Below, one piece after another: positions 1 through 14,300 of a stretch of 64,000 nucleotides of DNA (the first letter of the stretch is position 1; every line of letters starts with the position of its first letter). This DNA is from Lama glama (Eukaryota): contig CM052818.1 in assembly GCA_028534125.1 (NCBI GenBank), positions 29,390,001 through 29,454,000 on the forward strand, read 5' to 3'. The translations under genes and the position numbers were made by a program. The notes beneath the pieces were generated by a model that ran no database searches, had not been told where the DNA came from, and saw nothing but the letters and a program-made list of their open reading frames with translations.

Positions 1-200
1 ATAATGTTAAGTGAAAAAGTAAAGATGAAAAGTATAAGTTCTTATTTTAACACTTAAATACTGAAAACTATAAAAAGGAAACAGACCAAATATTAACTGG
101 TTGGTTGATAAATGATTTTTTTTTCCTTTTTACTTCTCAACATTTTCTAAGTTTTCCACAATGAGCACATATTACACTTAAAATCAGAAAAATTATGTTT
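1..200 (+). mobile_element. Old L1M (L1ME-like) 3' UTR remnant
   Basis: Recognised motifs 'ataatgttaagtgaaaaa' and 'attttctaagttttccacaatgagcacatattac'. Boundaries approximate. Confidence 0.55.
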
Positions 201-972
201 GCAATTAACTATTTGAAGATATGAAAGGAAAAAATTATTCTACTTGAATATATACCTAAGTATATTCTGCACCCTAAAAGCAATGAGTAAAGTAAAACTG
301 TGCAAAAGTAGAGCAGACATAAATATTCTAAAACACAGTGAAAAACTTGCAACATTTAAATATTTCTTACAATTGATAAGAAATGTTACGTTCCAATTGA
401 TAAGAATGTTGTATTTGAAATAAAGTGTTTTGCTTGAAATAATAAAAAAAAATTTAAGAAAAATGCTGCTGATAATAATTATTAATTAATAGTATACACA
501 TATTTTAAGTTAGGAAACAACAGCAATTTTCAACAACTGCAGCTACAATTGAAAACAGCAAAGCAAATCAAAACATCCAAACAAAAAAGTTTAAGTGCTT
601 TTTAATCTAACCAAGTTTTTTTTTTTTTTTTTGCATACAAAGCTGTATTTGTTTAGTTTCAAAAACTCTGGAGACGCTGCCACAAAGTACAATCTCCTGA
701 ACATGAACTCAGAGATTCTGTTGAATGAAAAATAAACACTTTGGAACTAATCCTTTTCTCAAATACAAATGGTAAATTGCCACTTGTAAATGTTTTCTAT
801 TTAAAGATTGACTTTTCTATGGTATACAGATAAGTACTGTATACAATTTCACTTTTTATTATGGGAAAGTAGGACTTAGGCCAATATATTTTAGATTCTA
901 AATTTAACCTTTAATACCTTTTATTTTTCTTTCATTCAAAATTCTGTTAAATCACTGGAAAACATTCTTTAT

Positions 973-999
973 ACACACACACACACACATATATATATA
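973..999. repeat. (AC)8(AT)5 compound microsatellite
   Basis: Seen directly. Confidence 0.9.
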
Positions 1000-1477
1000 G
1001 GGTGGGGGAGTGATATAATAATATTCCAAAAGAGTTGGGTAGGGGGAGGAGAGGAAAAGACCAAGGAGACAAGACAATTGGAAAACAAAGTAAGATACAG
1101 ATTTGAACCTCCCAAATACCAATAATTCTACTAAACGTATACAAACTAAATTCTTCAAGTTAGAAGACAGAGTGTCAACCTGAATAGAAAAAAATGAATA
1201 TATCCTTTTTACAAGAGAAAGAATGTTCACTATCAGAACATGAAAAGATAGGAAAAGATAAACTGTGCAAAATCTAACTGAAACAAAGCATATGTAGCTA
1301 TACAAAAGACAAAGTAGATTTAAAGGTGAGATGCAATGATGGAGACAAATAGTGACATTTCAACGGAATGAAAGGGTTTATCCCCCAGGAAGATACAAAA
1401 ATTCTTTATTTAATTCCACTGTCAGAAAATATATAAAACAAAATCCAGTAAACTAAAATTAGAAACAGCTAAATCTC

Positions 1478-2086
1478 ATTCCACTCTTGGGCATACATAC
1501 AGAGGGAAACTTAACTCAAAAAGACACATGCACCACAATGTTCATAGCAGCACTATTTACAATAGCCAAGACATGGAAACAACCTAAATGTCCACTGACA
1601 GATGACTGGATAAAGAAGTTGTGGTATATTTACACAAAGGACTACTACTTAGCCATAAAAAATAATAAAATAATGCCATTTGCAGCAACATGGATGGATC
1701 TGGAGAATGTCATCCTAAGTGAAGTAAGCCAAAAACAGAAAGAAAAATACCTTATGATATCACTTATATGTGGAATCTTAAAAAAAAAAAAAGACAAACT
1801 TTTCTATAAAACAGAAACAGACTTACAGACATAAAAAACAAACTTATGGTTACCAGTGGGGGGGGATGGGGGGGAATAAATTGGGAGATTGAGATTTGCA
1901 GATACTAAGTACTATATATAAAATAGATAAACAAGTTCCTACTGTATAGCACAGGGAACTATAGTAGTAACTTACAGTTAAAAAGAATATGAAAATGAAT
2001 ATATGTATGTTCCTATATGACTGAAGCATTGTGCTGTACACCAGAAATTGACACATTGTCAATAAAAATTTTTTTTAAAAAAGAAA
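1478..2086 (+). mobile_element. Young 5'-truncated L1 (camelid-type 3' end) with a 17-bp TSD
   Basis: ORF2 C-terminal peptide ([24 protein letters not shown]), 3' UTR and A-rich tail. TSD agaaacagctaaatctc at 1461..1477 and 2087..2103. Confidence 0.93.
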
Positions 2087-3320
2087 AGAAACAGCTAAAT
2101 CTCTATAATAATGGGGACTATAAAATACCCTCTCAGTAAATGATGTGGTAAGCAGACAAAAAATAGTAGGGATATAGATGATGTGAACAATTTATAAGCT
2201 GGCCCTAATTAACATATGTAGGTCCAACTTCATAATGTACATTGGTTTCAAACGCACAAGGAATATTTACCAAAAATGACCATATTCCGAGCCACAACTA
2301 ATTTCAAGGATGGAAGTCACTGAAAGCATATTCTCTGACCAGAGATAGAAATTAATAACAAAAAAGATACTTAAAAATCTCTGAATTTCTAGATGTTAAG
2401 CAAAACAACTCTAAATATTCATTAGCCAAAGGAAAACGCAGTGATGGGCTTGAAATATTTTCACTTTAGTAACAAAAAACATCAAAACTTGTGGATGCAG
2501 TAAAACCATTCTTAGAAAGAAATGTATAGCCATAACTATGTATATTAGAAAAGGCTGAAACCCAGGATCCAAGGATCTAGCTCAAAAAGTTAGAAATAAA
2601 GACAAATTAAACCCTAAGAAAGTAGAAGAAAAAAATGTAAAGGCAGAAATGAACGTAACAGTAAACGAAGAAAACTCAACAAAAGAAGGTTGTTTCTTTG
2701 CAAAGATCAATACTCCTAGAAGACTGATGAAGAGCAAAACAGAGACAGCACAAATTACTAAAATGGAAAACTGGAAGGCATGAGTACACATTCTCCAGAC
2801 ATTAAGAGATAAGAAGATGATATTATGAACAACTTTGTGCCAATGCCCTGGAAATGTTACCTAAGATGTATAAATTCCTTGAAAAACAAAAATTACCCAA
2901 ACTGACATGAAAAGTCAAAAAACAATGTTATTTAGTCTTTTAAAGAAATCTTAACTGCAGTTTAAAAACTTTCGTAATACACCCCCTGCACCGCCCTCCC
3001 ACCCCCAAATTCCAGGCACAAATGATTTTTTACCTGTGAATTCTTCAAGGAATCTAAGGAAGAAGTATCAACAATCTTTTACATACTTTTTCAGAAAAAC
3101 CAAAAGAGAGAATACTTTCAACTTATGTTATGAAAACCAGAACCACCTTAACTCTACAACTACATCAGGACATTAAACGGAAGGAAAATTTGAAGGCTAA
3201 TCTCTCTCAAGAACACAGATGCAGATATTCTAAACAAAATGTTAGCAGCTTGACTTCAGGGATATATTAGAAGGACATTACATCAGGACTGCCAGGTTTA
3301 TTGTAAGAATGCAATGGTAC

Positions 3321-3527
3321 TGCTGGAATGTGCATGTGATGGTGGACACTGGAGCTATCTATCATCCTGGGCCATGATATATATAGAAACCACATGTCAA
3401 GGACAGCAGAACAAGACAGATATCGTCTGGGCTCCAGGACAGTAGACTTGCATTCTCATCCTTGGATTATTTGTACTTGAACTGCTACAAACAGAGAAAT
3501 AAACTTTCATCTTGTTTTAAAAAAAAA
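3321..3527 (+). mobile_element. MLT1-like (ERVL-MaLR) LTR fragment inside the old L1
   Basis: Resembles MLT1 motifs 'ctggaatg...gtgatgg...ggagct...gccatga' and 'gagaaataaactttcatcttgttt'. Recognised from memory. Confidence 0.55.
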
Positions 3528-6500
3528 GTCCATGTAATTAATCACACTAACAGGATAAAGGAGAAACAAAAATTATTTCAGTGGATAGAAACAACATCTG
3601 TTATAATTCAAAACCATTCATAATAGAGACTTAACAAACCATAAATAGAAAAGAATTTCTTTATCTGATAAAGAGTACAAATTAAAAAAAAAAACTACAG
3701 CAAACATCACAGTTAAAGAAATATTAGATGCCTTCCCTGCTGAGATCAGGAATGAGATGAGGAAGCTAGCTATCACCACTTCTATGTAGTATAGCTCCTA
3801 GAAAGTGTAAGGTAAGAGAAGGTATAATTACTGAAAGGAAGAAAGTAAAACTAACACTTTACAACATAATTGTATATGTACAAAATCCGAAAGAATGTCC
3901 AGATAAACTACCAGAAATAACAAGTGAATTTAGAAAGGTCATGGATAACAAGGTCAACGTACAAAAATCAAACTTCAGGTGTATACACTAGTAACAAATA
4001 ATTATAAGGGTTAAAAAAAAAACCACTTGAAATACCATTCACAATAGTATAAGAATATTAAAAATCTAGGAATAAGGCTAAAAAATGTGCAAGGCTTTCC
4101 ACATTAAAAAAAAAAACACCAAAACTGCAACAAAAACACCAAGATAAATGCAAGAAAACCTAAACAAACTGAGGGATATGTTATATTTATGGATTGGAAG
4201 CCTCAATATTAAAAAACATGAGATCTCCCCAAATTGACCTATTGAGTCAATGGAACGTCAGTCAAAATCTGAGCACAGTTTTTTGCATGTGTGAAAATTG
4301 ATAAGCTGATGATAAAACTTATACAGAAATGCAAAGGGCCAATAATAGGCCTGATGATCTCAGTTAAGAACAAAGTATAACAACTTAGAATTTATAACAC
4401 CATACATTAAAATTCATTATAAAGCTAGTGTAATTAAGAAGTATGCTATTGATCCCAGGATAGAAAAATAAACCTGTGAATAGAATGAAGAAAGAAAGTG
4501 ACCCATACATATTTGATCACATGATTCATGATAGAGTTACTGTTGCAGATCAGTGTGAAAAGGGTGCTCTTCTCAAATGGTGATGATCCAAATGGACATC
4601 CATTTAAAAAAAAAAGAGTAAATCTTGACCTCTATTCTGCACCATATGCAAAAATCAATTTCAGGGCAATGACAGATTCCACATGTAAAATATAAAACAA
4701 TAAAGCTTTTAGAAGAAAATACAAGAAGGTATCAATGACTTCAGGGTTTTCAAAGATAATGGACACAAAAAATACTCATCTCAAAAACAGTGGACTTTAA
4801 TAAAATTAAGAACTTGGGTTCATTAAGAATTGTTGTACTGAGCACCTCATTTTTAAGAGGTTATACAGAAGCAGACAAATGAAACAATACTGAAAGAGCC
4901 AATGATGGTATGAGAAGTTGTTATACATCAGTCCTCACAAGGGAAATGAAAACTGACACCATGATGAGATACCACTACTCAGCATGGTGAATCTTTAATA
5001 GGACTGACAACACCAATTGTTGACAAGAATGTGGAACTGAAAGTCTCATGCTCAGCTGGTGGCAGCCTATACTGGCACTCTGAAAACTGGCTGTGTCTAT
5101 GCAACCGAGACATACATATGTTCTGTGACCTATAAATTATACTTTCAGGTAATACCCAACAGAAATTAGTGATTACATCCATGAAAAGACATGCTCAAGA
5201 TTACTCACTAAGGTGTTATTTACAACAGCCCCAAACATGTAATCCAAATGCCCATCAACAGTAGAATGGATACATGATTGTAGTATATTCAGACAGTGAA
5301 ACACTATACAGCAGTGAAGATGAAGTATCACTACATATAACATAGATGAAGTTTACAAGCAAAATGTTGGATGAAATAAGCCAGACACAGTGAGTATCTA
5401 CTACATGATTCCATTGATATAATGTTCAAAAACAGGCAAAACAAAGCCATGGTAATGAAGACAAAATACTGGTTACTGCTGTGTGTGGGTATTGGGAGGA
5501 GGGTGAGCAATAATCAGAAGGAAACTTGAGGGAGGGTTCAAAGGGCTCAATACCAAGTGTGCTAACTTGGTCAAAGTTTATCAATCTGTACCATTAGGAT
5601 TTACACACTTTTCTTTATATATTTAAAGCAATTTAAAAGGTTTATGGGGAAAAAAAATCTACATTGCTGTGTTTTCTACTTAAAGACAGTATTAACCATA
5701 ATAAAAGCTCATTCTGTCTCTCTTTCCCCTCAGTAGTAGTAATCCTGGTCACTGATACCTATCTGTCCATTGTGAACCATTCAAATACTCTTGAGACTTG
5801 ATTTCCTCCATGTGCAAATGAAGTACAGTTATTTTTCTGCTTTTGTTTCTTCTTAAGCAGGAATACAGGCGAAAAAAAGAGACCCTATGTAATGCAATAC
5901 ATCTTTTCTGAAAATTTTAACTACATTTTGCTGCAAGTCAAGGGAATCATTTGAATGCTCCGTCCTGATTATGCCACTATTTTTTGGCTTAAAGAAGGTG
6001 CTGGACAGTTATTATGGAATGAATTTTTAAACCATTTTCTTAGAATTAGAACAGCATTGTTCTATGTTCAGCATAGACTAGAATCCTAATGTTTTTAGGA
6101 TATGGGGTTTTAGGAATTACAAATATTAAACAGATAAGGGAAAAATGGAAGACAGACACATCTGATGTTCAAAAGGGAGGTCATATGTGATTGTTCAGCA
6201 TTAATGAGACACCAGGTCTGGATCAATCCAGCTCCCCAGGCCCTCGCTGGTACCACTCCCTCCTGAGTCACTCTGAACCTCTGAACGTGGGGTCCTGGTT
6301 CCCATCTCTTCCCCACTCCACATGCCCTTTCCTAAGTTTAAAACTAACACAGCCAGTAAATGTTCTTTTACAAGAGGGTAAAATATAAGATTAATATGTT
6401 TTTACATTTTGTATTTTTTTGAAGACTCCAAAAAAGTCCTAAGAATTTTCCAAGTATTTAAATTTTGTCCCGCGTTCTCATTTCCATTTGGCTTTTGAAA

Positions 6501-8939
6501 ACAAGGAAGTGGAATAAAAAACAGAAGATGATTATCTCTAGCACTCCAAATAAGATCAAGGAGGGAAATGCTCATGAAAAGAAGTCATTTTAGATTAACA
6601 GCTGTAAAAAAACTGAAGAAGAGTATTTTGGCTTTTTACATTTCAAGCGGTATCAATAAGCTCATTCAGTGAAAGACTGAGAAAATGGAGAAAGTGCTCT
6701 GTCTCAGTTTTCCACATCGACAGAGCTCAGGTTCTGTTGCTGGGAAGGGCATCTATTGGTGTCATTAAACAGCTTTGAAAGCCTGCAGTTTGCACTGGGT
6801 ACAGATCCTCCCCCTCAGAGAAGGGGGCCGTGGGTGGGGCTGAGGGGTGCAGCGTGGACAAGCCACTACAAGTGCCAGATGTTTGCTCAATTACGATACA
6901 ACCTCGATATTACAGGGGAAAACCCAAAGCTGAGGATCTGCGACATTTAAAGGAAAAATTCTGAGTTAAGGTGAAAACGTGGTAACTCTTTAATGAGACA
7001 CCAAACACTTTTCTTTTCACCAAAGCATAACTTGTTGACTTCTTTCGAGAGAAAGAGAATCAAAATGATTTCTGAATTTAAAAAGCCATTTCCTTCCTAT
7101 TTCTTTCCACAATGGACCAACAGAATACTGTATAAAAATTGGGAAACTACATGAGAGCAGTTTGAATTTGCTACAGAAAAAGAACATCCCTCAAAATTAA
7201 AAGAAAGCATAAAGAAAAGCCCCTAGTCCTGAAGGTTAAAGAATAACCCTGATTTACTGCCATATAATGGACTATCACAAAACAATGGAGTTATTTGAAT
7301 AAATTCTCCATTGTGAATAAATTCTATGCCACTCAGGACAAGTTTTTTATTCATGGAAAATATCTTGAACTTCAACTGCATACTTCTCCTACCACAATTA
7401 CTCGCAACAGATACGACGTGTGGAACACACATTTTGTGTTTTTAATGCTGTGTTAAGTTTCTAAAATACACTATTTTGTCTTAACCTTTTTATTTATAAC
7501 CATTTGGATTATCTTCGCATTCATTTAATAGTTTTACATTTTTGCACCTGAGGTTTTCTAAAAGATAAATAGATATATCTTATTCTAACTTCAGAGCCAT
7601 GCTGTACATTTTCTCTTTACGAATAGTGTTTCTTACCCTCCGAGGTGCGGCCAGTGAGGACTGGGAGCAAGCCCTAAGCACAAGCCAAACACATCAAACC
7701 CCAGATTCATCTTTTTGACACTTAGGCCCCATGGGCAACATAAGACCAGCCAAAAATTTCCCATTTTTTCCCCGCTATTCTAATTTTTCTCTTTCTATAT
7801 TCAAATAGGAGGCCAAGAAAGATCAGTTATGAAACCACAGAAGAGAGAAAGTGTACCCCTAGAAATAACATCAATGCTTAAATGCAAACAAGCATTAGCG
7901 TGAGCGATCGGTTTATTGGCAACTGACGCATGAAACACCTTAAAACTTGAAATGCTTCAGGCGTGAACAGGGAAAGTCAGTCACAGGGAACGCTTAGGGA
8001 AAACAAAGGGTAAAAGAATTAAAGCAACTTCTGTATAAATGAGTTACTGTACTGCACTCTGTATGACTTTAATAAAACTTGGGGTTTAAAGGTACAAAAA
8101 GTAGAGCAATTCATTAATATCCAGACCTGGACTTAGACCTACCAGACAGTTTAATTCACAAATAGACAACTGTGTGTTGTATGTTTTCTAAGCACAAGAT
8201 CATATAAAAATGGCCAGATGTTAAAGGCTACCTTCCTTTTTGGTGCCCATACATTAAGGAAACAAATGCCAGTAACCAGGGTACCAGTGTAAGAAGTGAT
8301 CAAATACTAACAGTACAACGACTCCACGTAAGGATTATTTTTCTATCCTCATTACACAGTGCGGAACCGAGGCTCGTGAGCTGCAGGAACATACTCAAGT
8401 ACACATAGTGTGAGGAGCTGGAGTAAGAGTCCATGCCTGAGAACTTGGACCCCACAGCCTAACTTAACCACTGCTGTACTCAGTAACTGAGCAGGGTGTA
8501 CTTGAGAGAATTAAGTCTCCAAAAATAGGAAAGGCTTCCCAGAAATGCACAACACACTCAATTATGTCTGTTTCCTGTTAGACCAGGATGAGTTACAGAC
8601 TGTCTCTTCATCCCTTCAAGTATTTGTTGTGCCCTAGTAATACTCTCAATGGCACAAAGCTGTGAACAAACAGATGAAAAGTCCTGTCTTATCAGCCTCA
8701 GAGTCTACCAGGGCAGCTGGACAATAAAAAGACACAAAAGTAAAATAAGGTTGTTAAAAAGGATTAGAGAGGGAACAGGAAAGACAGGGATGAGTGAAGG
8801 TGAGAAAAGGGCTCATGGAGAAAGTGACGTTAAATAAAGACCTAGAGTGGATGAGAGGTGACAATCTCTGCACTTGTCAGTGTAATACATTTCCTTATTT
8901 TAAGCTGTTCATTGCAACCAAAAGTCCACCAGTGAATAC

Positions 8940-9050
8940 TTAACCTCCCGATAGGCTTGTCATGAAGATTAAAAGAGAAAATGGGTCCAATGCACATAGC
9001 ATACTGCCTGGCTCCTAACAGGAACTCAATGAATGAATTACTGTTACTGC
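8940..9050 (+). mobile_element. MIR SINE fragment
   Basis: 'ttgtcatgaagattaaaagagaaaatg...tagcatactgcctggctcctaacaggaactcaatgaatg'. Confidence 0.6.
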
Positions 9051-10689
9051 TGTTGTTGTAATAAAGTCATGAAGTCAGACAGATGAAGTACCTGCAGTGC
9101 ACTCACACTGGGAGTCCAAGACAACCACGTAACATTTCTGTCAGTAAGATGCCAAAATACCCCAACCCGATTCTGGAGTCAATACATGAAGCATTACAAT
9201 TTAGGTCTCAAGTATAAAAATATTATTTACAACCACCTTCCATGATCTGTCAAGAACCTGGGTTGCTGATGACATCACAAGGCTCGTCAAAATAGAAGCG
9301 GGAAGCCGGGTGCCCCCAACGTGAGCTGGGGGCCACGGTGAAAAGTGTGAGGGCCGGCCTGCCTAGTCACAGACTTCGCTTGCTGGCACTTTCATGTCAG
9401 TTTTTTAGCTGCAAGAAAGTGTTTACTTCTTCTATGAACAGATGACTTTCCATAGCTCTGGAGTTTTAAAAGGTCAGCAGTGATAAAAGGCTTAGGAAGA
9501 GCTCTTATATTTTTTTGCTAGCATTATGAATTTCTCTATAAAAATGCTGATATACAGGAGACAATTGAGCAATGCATGGAAAATATGTATTCCAGGTCCA
9601 AACGCAGCTTATTCCAGCAAGGTTTCTGCAGCTCTCTCCCTAATGATTTAAACATCCCTTTCATTCACTTCTGCAAAAGTACGTTCACAGGAGGAGTGAG
9701 TGTGACGAACAGTAGCCTTTACAGCGAGAGGCCGCTTCCTCTCCTTACCTGGAATGTTGTCTGATCCCTTTTTACACACGGGAGGGAAGGGATCCTTTTG
9801 TTAAGCCAAATTCCCTGCCTTTAGAAAAGAAACCCTCTGGTTGTATTCTCTTAACAGATTTTTCAGTTTCCAACCCTAAAACTACAAAAAAAAAAAACCT
9901 TAAAAATCTTTGGGCCAAGCAGCCAGATGTAATATATTACTGTGTCAGGGTACTTCAATGTCCTACTTGGCTAAATCATTTTCAAAAATATTTTCTCTTC
10001 AGTGATAGACACAAAGTTCTATCTCCATGCCACAAAACCACCAACTGCCTTGGAGTGTTGTCAACCACGGTTTTATACTTTCTTTTTACACTGTTCGGAG
10101 AAAATGTACCTAAAAGTCTGAAAACAAAACCAGCCACGTTTGCCCTCCATTCATTTTTATTTCTTTGATTTGGCAAAGGCTGCCTGGACTGTATTTTCTG
10201 GTTCCTGACGAACACAAAATTGGCCTAACAGTTTGAACCTAACTTCTTTTTAATCTTTCCGATATCACTGTTCTCGGGAAACTTCAAGAGGCTAGCCGTC
10301 CTCACCACTCGCATCTGTTGTGTTTTCCTTTCCAAACGAACGAGTCAACAGGAAGCGGTTTATAGCAGACGTCCACGTAGGTCGTAGGATCAGAGCCTCC
10401 ATAGCTGCCCAACGGGACATGGTTCTCTGAATGCCCTGGGGTTCGGAGCTCAGGCTGGGTGTTATAAGAAGCCCCTTTCCAGTCCTATAGTTCTCAGTCT
10501 TTAAATTAAGACGAGGATTGTTTTGAATGTGAGAGCAGAACCTTCTGGTCACACACTCCGTCTGGGTATTATTTTGAAAAGTGAGAAGTAAACAACAACA
10601 TTCAGGGGAGAAAAACGTAGCAGTAGGCAGTGGCACTAAACTTAAAGGTTTTGATTTTTTTCCCTGATGAAAAATAGGAAATTCCAGGA

Positions 10690-10915
10690 ATGTCTGACTT
10701 TATAAACAGACCTGAAAGAGCAGTTTCACGTTGACAGTAAAATTTCACAGGAAGTTAGCATTCTCCCATGGTTTTTCACAACATCTTCCCCCAGCCTCCC
10801 CAGCTCTCAACACCACCCCCCCAGAGGGGTACATTTGTGACACCTGATGAACCGACACTGACGCATCACCGTCAGCCAAGCCCACAGCTCACAGCAGGGT
10901 TTGCTCTTGGTAGTG
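10690..10915 (-). mobile_element. Old L1M 3' UTR fragment
   Basis: 'ggtacatttgtgacacctgatgaaccgacactgacgcatca' resembles L1MB/L1MC 3' ends. Confidence 0.6.
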
Positions 10916-11169
10916 CGCTCTTTTCAGTTCCCTGTCTGGACAGCAGAGTTCACGCTGGCAAGTGGAAAAAAGCCTTCAGTAGACAATCTCACGCCTTCCT
11001 ATTTGTGGATGGGCTATCATCGCTCAGCCAGTGGGTGACCAGTATGAAAAAGAAAAGCACTTAATACGGCTTCATTTGTTACTCAGACAAAATTCGTAGT
11101 CTTACTTCCATCAGCCCACATTATAGAGGCAGAATGGCCAGTCCCCGCCACCCTCGTCGGTACCGTACC

Positions 11170-11385
11170 ACCTTCCACTCTCTGCTCCAGCCCTCAGACC
11201 TCCACCACTCCGCTCTTTTTATAGGGCTTATCACTGGCTAGCATATTATGTAATTTACTTATTAGTTTACTGCCTCCAAGAAGGTGGGGATCTTTTTTTG
11301 TTCACTGACATAGTCCAGTTCCCAGGAGAGTGGCCGGTGCACAGCATACACTTAGCAAATATTTGTCAAGTGGATAAATGAATGA
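11170..11385 (+). mobile_element. L2 3' fragment
   Basis: 'ttttgttcactga...cacagcatacacttagcaaatatttgtcaagtggataaatgaatga'. Confidence 0.55.
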
Positions 11386-14300
11386 GGATGCTTTCTGAAG
11401 GACAGGGCTTCAGGGAGTGACTTTGGTCTGGGTTTGGAGGCCTAACTAGCCATGACTAGCCAGCCTCTGCACTGCAGAGCTCCTCTGAAGTCCTTGCTAG
11501 ACCAGTGTGGCCACTCCATCGTGTGATCAGGCTGGAAAGCTCAGTGAGGTCTAGAGACGTGAGGTCCCCAAATCCACTTGTTGTCATGCGAGCTCTCAGT
11601 CGACCTGGACACCCAGCTGGGAGGGCACACGTGCTGGCCGAGAGCAGCCTGCCCAGAGGCCCGTGAACAGAGGGAGGCCAAGCCTGAGACCAGGAGGTGT
11701 TTCTCCACGGGGGCTGGAGGGACGCACATGGTGACACTTCAGCTTCTCACTGTCACAAGTTTCCCTATTCTTCTTCCCACATCCTGCTGATGATGAAAAA
11801 ACCAAACCCTGAGTCAGCCTATAAATGGGATGAGATAATTTTCCTATGAATTAAAACTGCAGAATTTTAAAAATGAGGAAAATAAATGAGTCAAAGAACT
11901 GTGACTTTTTTTAAACAGATGGACAAGATAAATGGGGATATAAAACAATGAGCTGAGTGAAAAAAAGTCAAAAGCTTCCTTTGCTTTTCTACCCAAGATA
12001 AAAGCTCTGGCTGGAGGGTGCAAAGGAGGCACTGGGAGGAGACGGACGCAGTTAGGAGAATAAAGGAAGGACTTACAGAGGTGGAAGTAAATCAAAAGGG
12101 TCCCACTTCCCTGTACTTTCCTGACATCCACACTTGAAAAAAAGAACCTGTGCATTACATATTATATACTGCATGTATATCCTGTGCTTACTTATATCCA
12201 TGAAGTGCAACTACGTTATATTATTAAAATACAAACACATACTTGGCAATATGTACTCTTTACTTATTTACCCCCACAGCCATTTCTGGGATGTAGGCTC
12301 CACATGGGCAAGAATGATGTGTGTTCTGCTCAGGCACACAGTGCCTGGCATACGACGGGCACCCTGGAACTGCTGAGTGAATGAATAAATCAATAGCTGC
12401 TCACCCACCACTTACTTCCCACTCCGTGCAAACTTCAAATGACACTGTTCTTTCTCTCCTGTGGGAAAAACAAGGTGTTTCTCCTTTCCCCTCCATGTAT
12501 GTGTCCCTAGAGCACCACATAGAAAGGAGAGAAAGGAGCCAATGGTTCTGTTTTCATTGCCAAAGCTTCGGCCATTCTACTAGATACTAGAGACAGCTCA
12601 CGGTGACGGAGAATGCCCCTTCCTTGTGGTTCCATAACTGTGAACAGATGCTGACAACTCGCCAAGCCATGGGGAATCAGGGAAGGGCCCTCTTCGCCTC
12701 TGCTGGGCAGGATCCCTTCAGCCCTGCTTCAAGCTAGGTCTGCCAGCCCTCACGTCCACGTGGCTTCAGCTGCTTTAATTGGAAGTTCGGAAACTGGTGG
12801 ATGGGCATGAAGTAGGAGTGCCAGCCACGTGTCAGTGTTAACCCAAGTCCTGTGCACACCAGCTCCACGGCTAACTCCCGGTCCCGTGGGCTGGCTTCGT
12901 CCTACCCCACAGCCAGGGGTAGAATCGGGACACACCGCCACTGCCACAAGCTTCAGACTCAGCCCAACAAAAGAAAACCCGGACCAGTTTAATATACTGG
13001 ATGAAGCCCATAAAAAAATGAAAGCCTAGCAAAGCTCATTATAGAAAGAGATTAGCATGCTTAGTAATTAGAGAGGTTTCTAGTTATGCTGCCATGTATC
13101 AGCATGATATTCTAAATGACCAATTTTATTACTTTGGTAAAACTGTCCAGTTTCCAGAGTAAAAAAAATACGGACCGAGTGTCAAAGACAGTATACTCAA
13201 GTACAGTAATTTACGAAGCACCAAGAGTTCTCTACAAACACATATTAAAATTCACGTCTCCGCCAAGTAAATGCCTAACAAAATGAGAACTGCAACTAAA
13301 TCACAGTGATTATGTAACTCTGGAGTTGCAGAAATTCACACCGTAAAAGATACAGAATTAAAGAAAAATTAGCAAGTACAAAAAAACAAAATAAATGTGC
13401 ATCTGTTTATATCGGTATGTTTTTCTGCAATAAGCACTTTGACTGAGGTGACTTTCCCTTCGTTTGAACATGGTTTTTGCACAGCACGGCCACTGGAGGT
13501 TGCAACCTGGGCCATGTTTCACCGAAGGAAGCCCTCATTACCCATGCTGTAGAGCTAACTGAAGAAGCAAACCCGCACCTTCCTAGAATGCAGGGAAGTG
13601 TGCGCTCTGCACACTGGTTTCTTCAGTGACTCAGACGTGCTGTGCAAGGCTGTGACCCCTCCAGCAGGCATCGTTCACGCTGCGTCTTTCCTAAGCGCGC
13701 TAGTTTCAGAGCTCTAAATATAAAATCAGTGTAAAACTCAGACCCTGCAACACAGAGTAAACCTCTCACGGCCACCTTCTCTATGATGTTTTTCTCCATT
13801 TCCCCACTTTTGATGGCTCCTAAACCCCTCAAACTCTGTTTGCTTAAACCCCACCCTGCACACTCTCTCTTCCACTTGAAGCCAAATCTGGCATCAGTGT
13901 TTTGTCTGCTCAGCAGGAGAGCAATTTCAACAATCTCCTGCTTTTTATAAGATCAGTTTATTCCTCCCAATATAATAATTAGTTTCAGATGAACCTGGTT
14001 GCCGTTTCTCAGCCTGTTTCCACTGTGGTATATAGTAAGGAGAGCAGACGCTTCCCGCTGCGCTATTTTTCAGAGCTAAGAATTTAGGTCCTATCACGGG
14101 CCCAGAACAGAACCTTCTCACCACTTGCTTCTTTAACACATAGCTGGGTTTGGATAACCTAGATTCCAGAAGAGATGGATTAAAATTATGATTATGGAAA
14201 TCTCGGCTTACTTCTCAACTACTTTTAGATGAAATTTCTCCACATTTATCAAACTATAAAAATTCATCAAGAATATAAATTTTACAAGTATGACCAATGC

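Larger units (their letters stand above)
1090..5655 (+). mobile_element. Ancient degenerate LINE-1 (L1M) covering ORF2 and the 3' UTR, antisense to LTBP1, interrupted by two inserts
   Basis: A-rich strand with decayed ORF2-like segments in order, e.g. 'aacacagatgcagatattctaaacaaaatgttagc', 'ggatattcatggattggaag'-like sequence near 4175-4200 and 'aaatgcccatcaacagtagaatggata'. Many stops and frameshifts. Ends approximate. Confidence 0.85.

Noticed and set aside
1487..1834. 115-aa ORF
   Set aside because: C-terminal L1 ORF2 and 3' UTR remnant of a truncated insertion, not a gene.
9749..9814. Possible minus-strand exon with a strong CAG|gtaagg donor
   Set aside because: In-frame TAA after four codons and no similarity to LTBP1; indistinguishable from a background pseudoexon.
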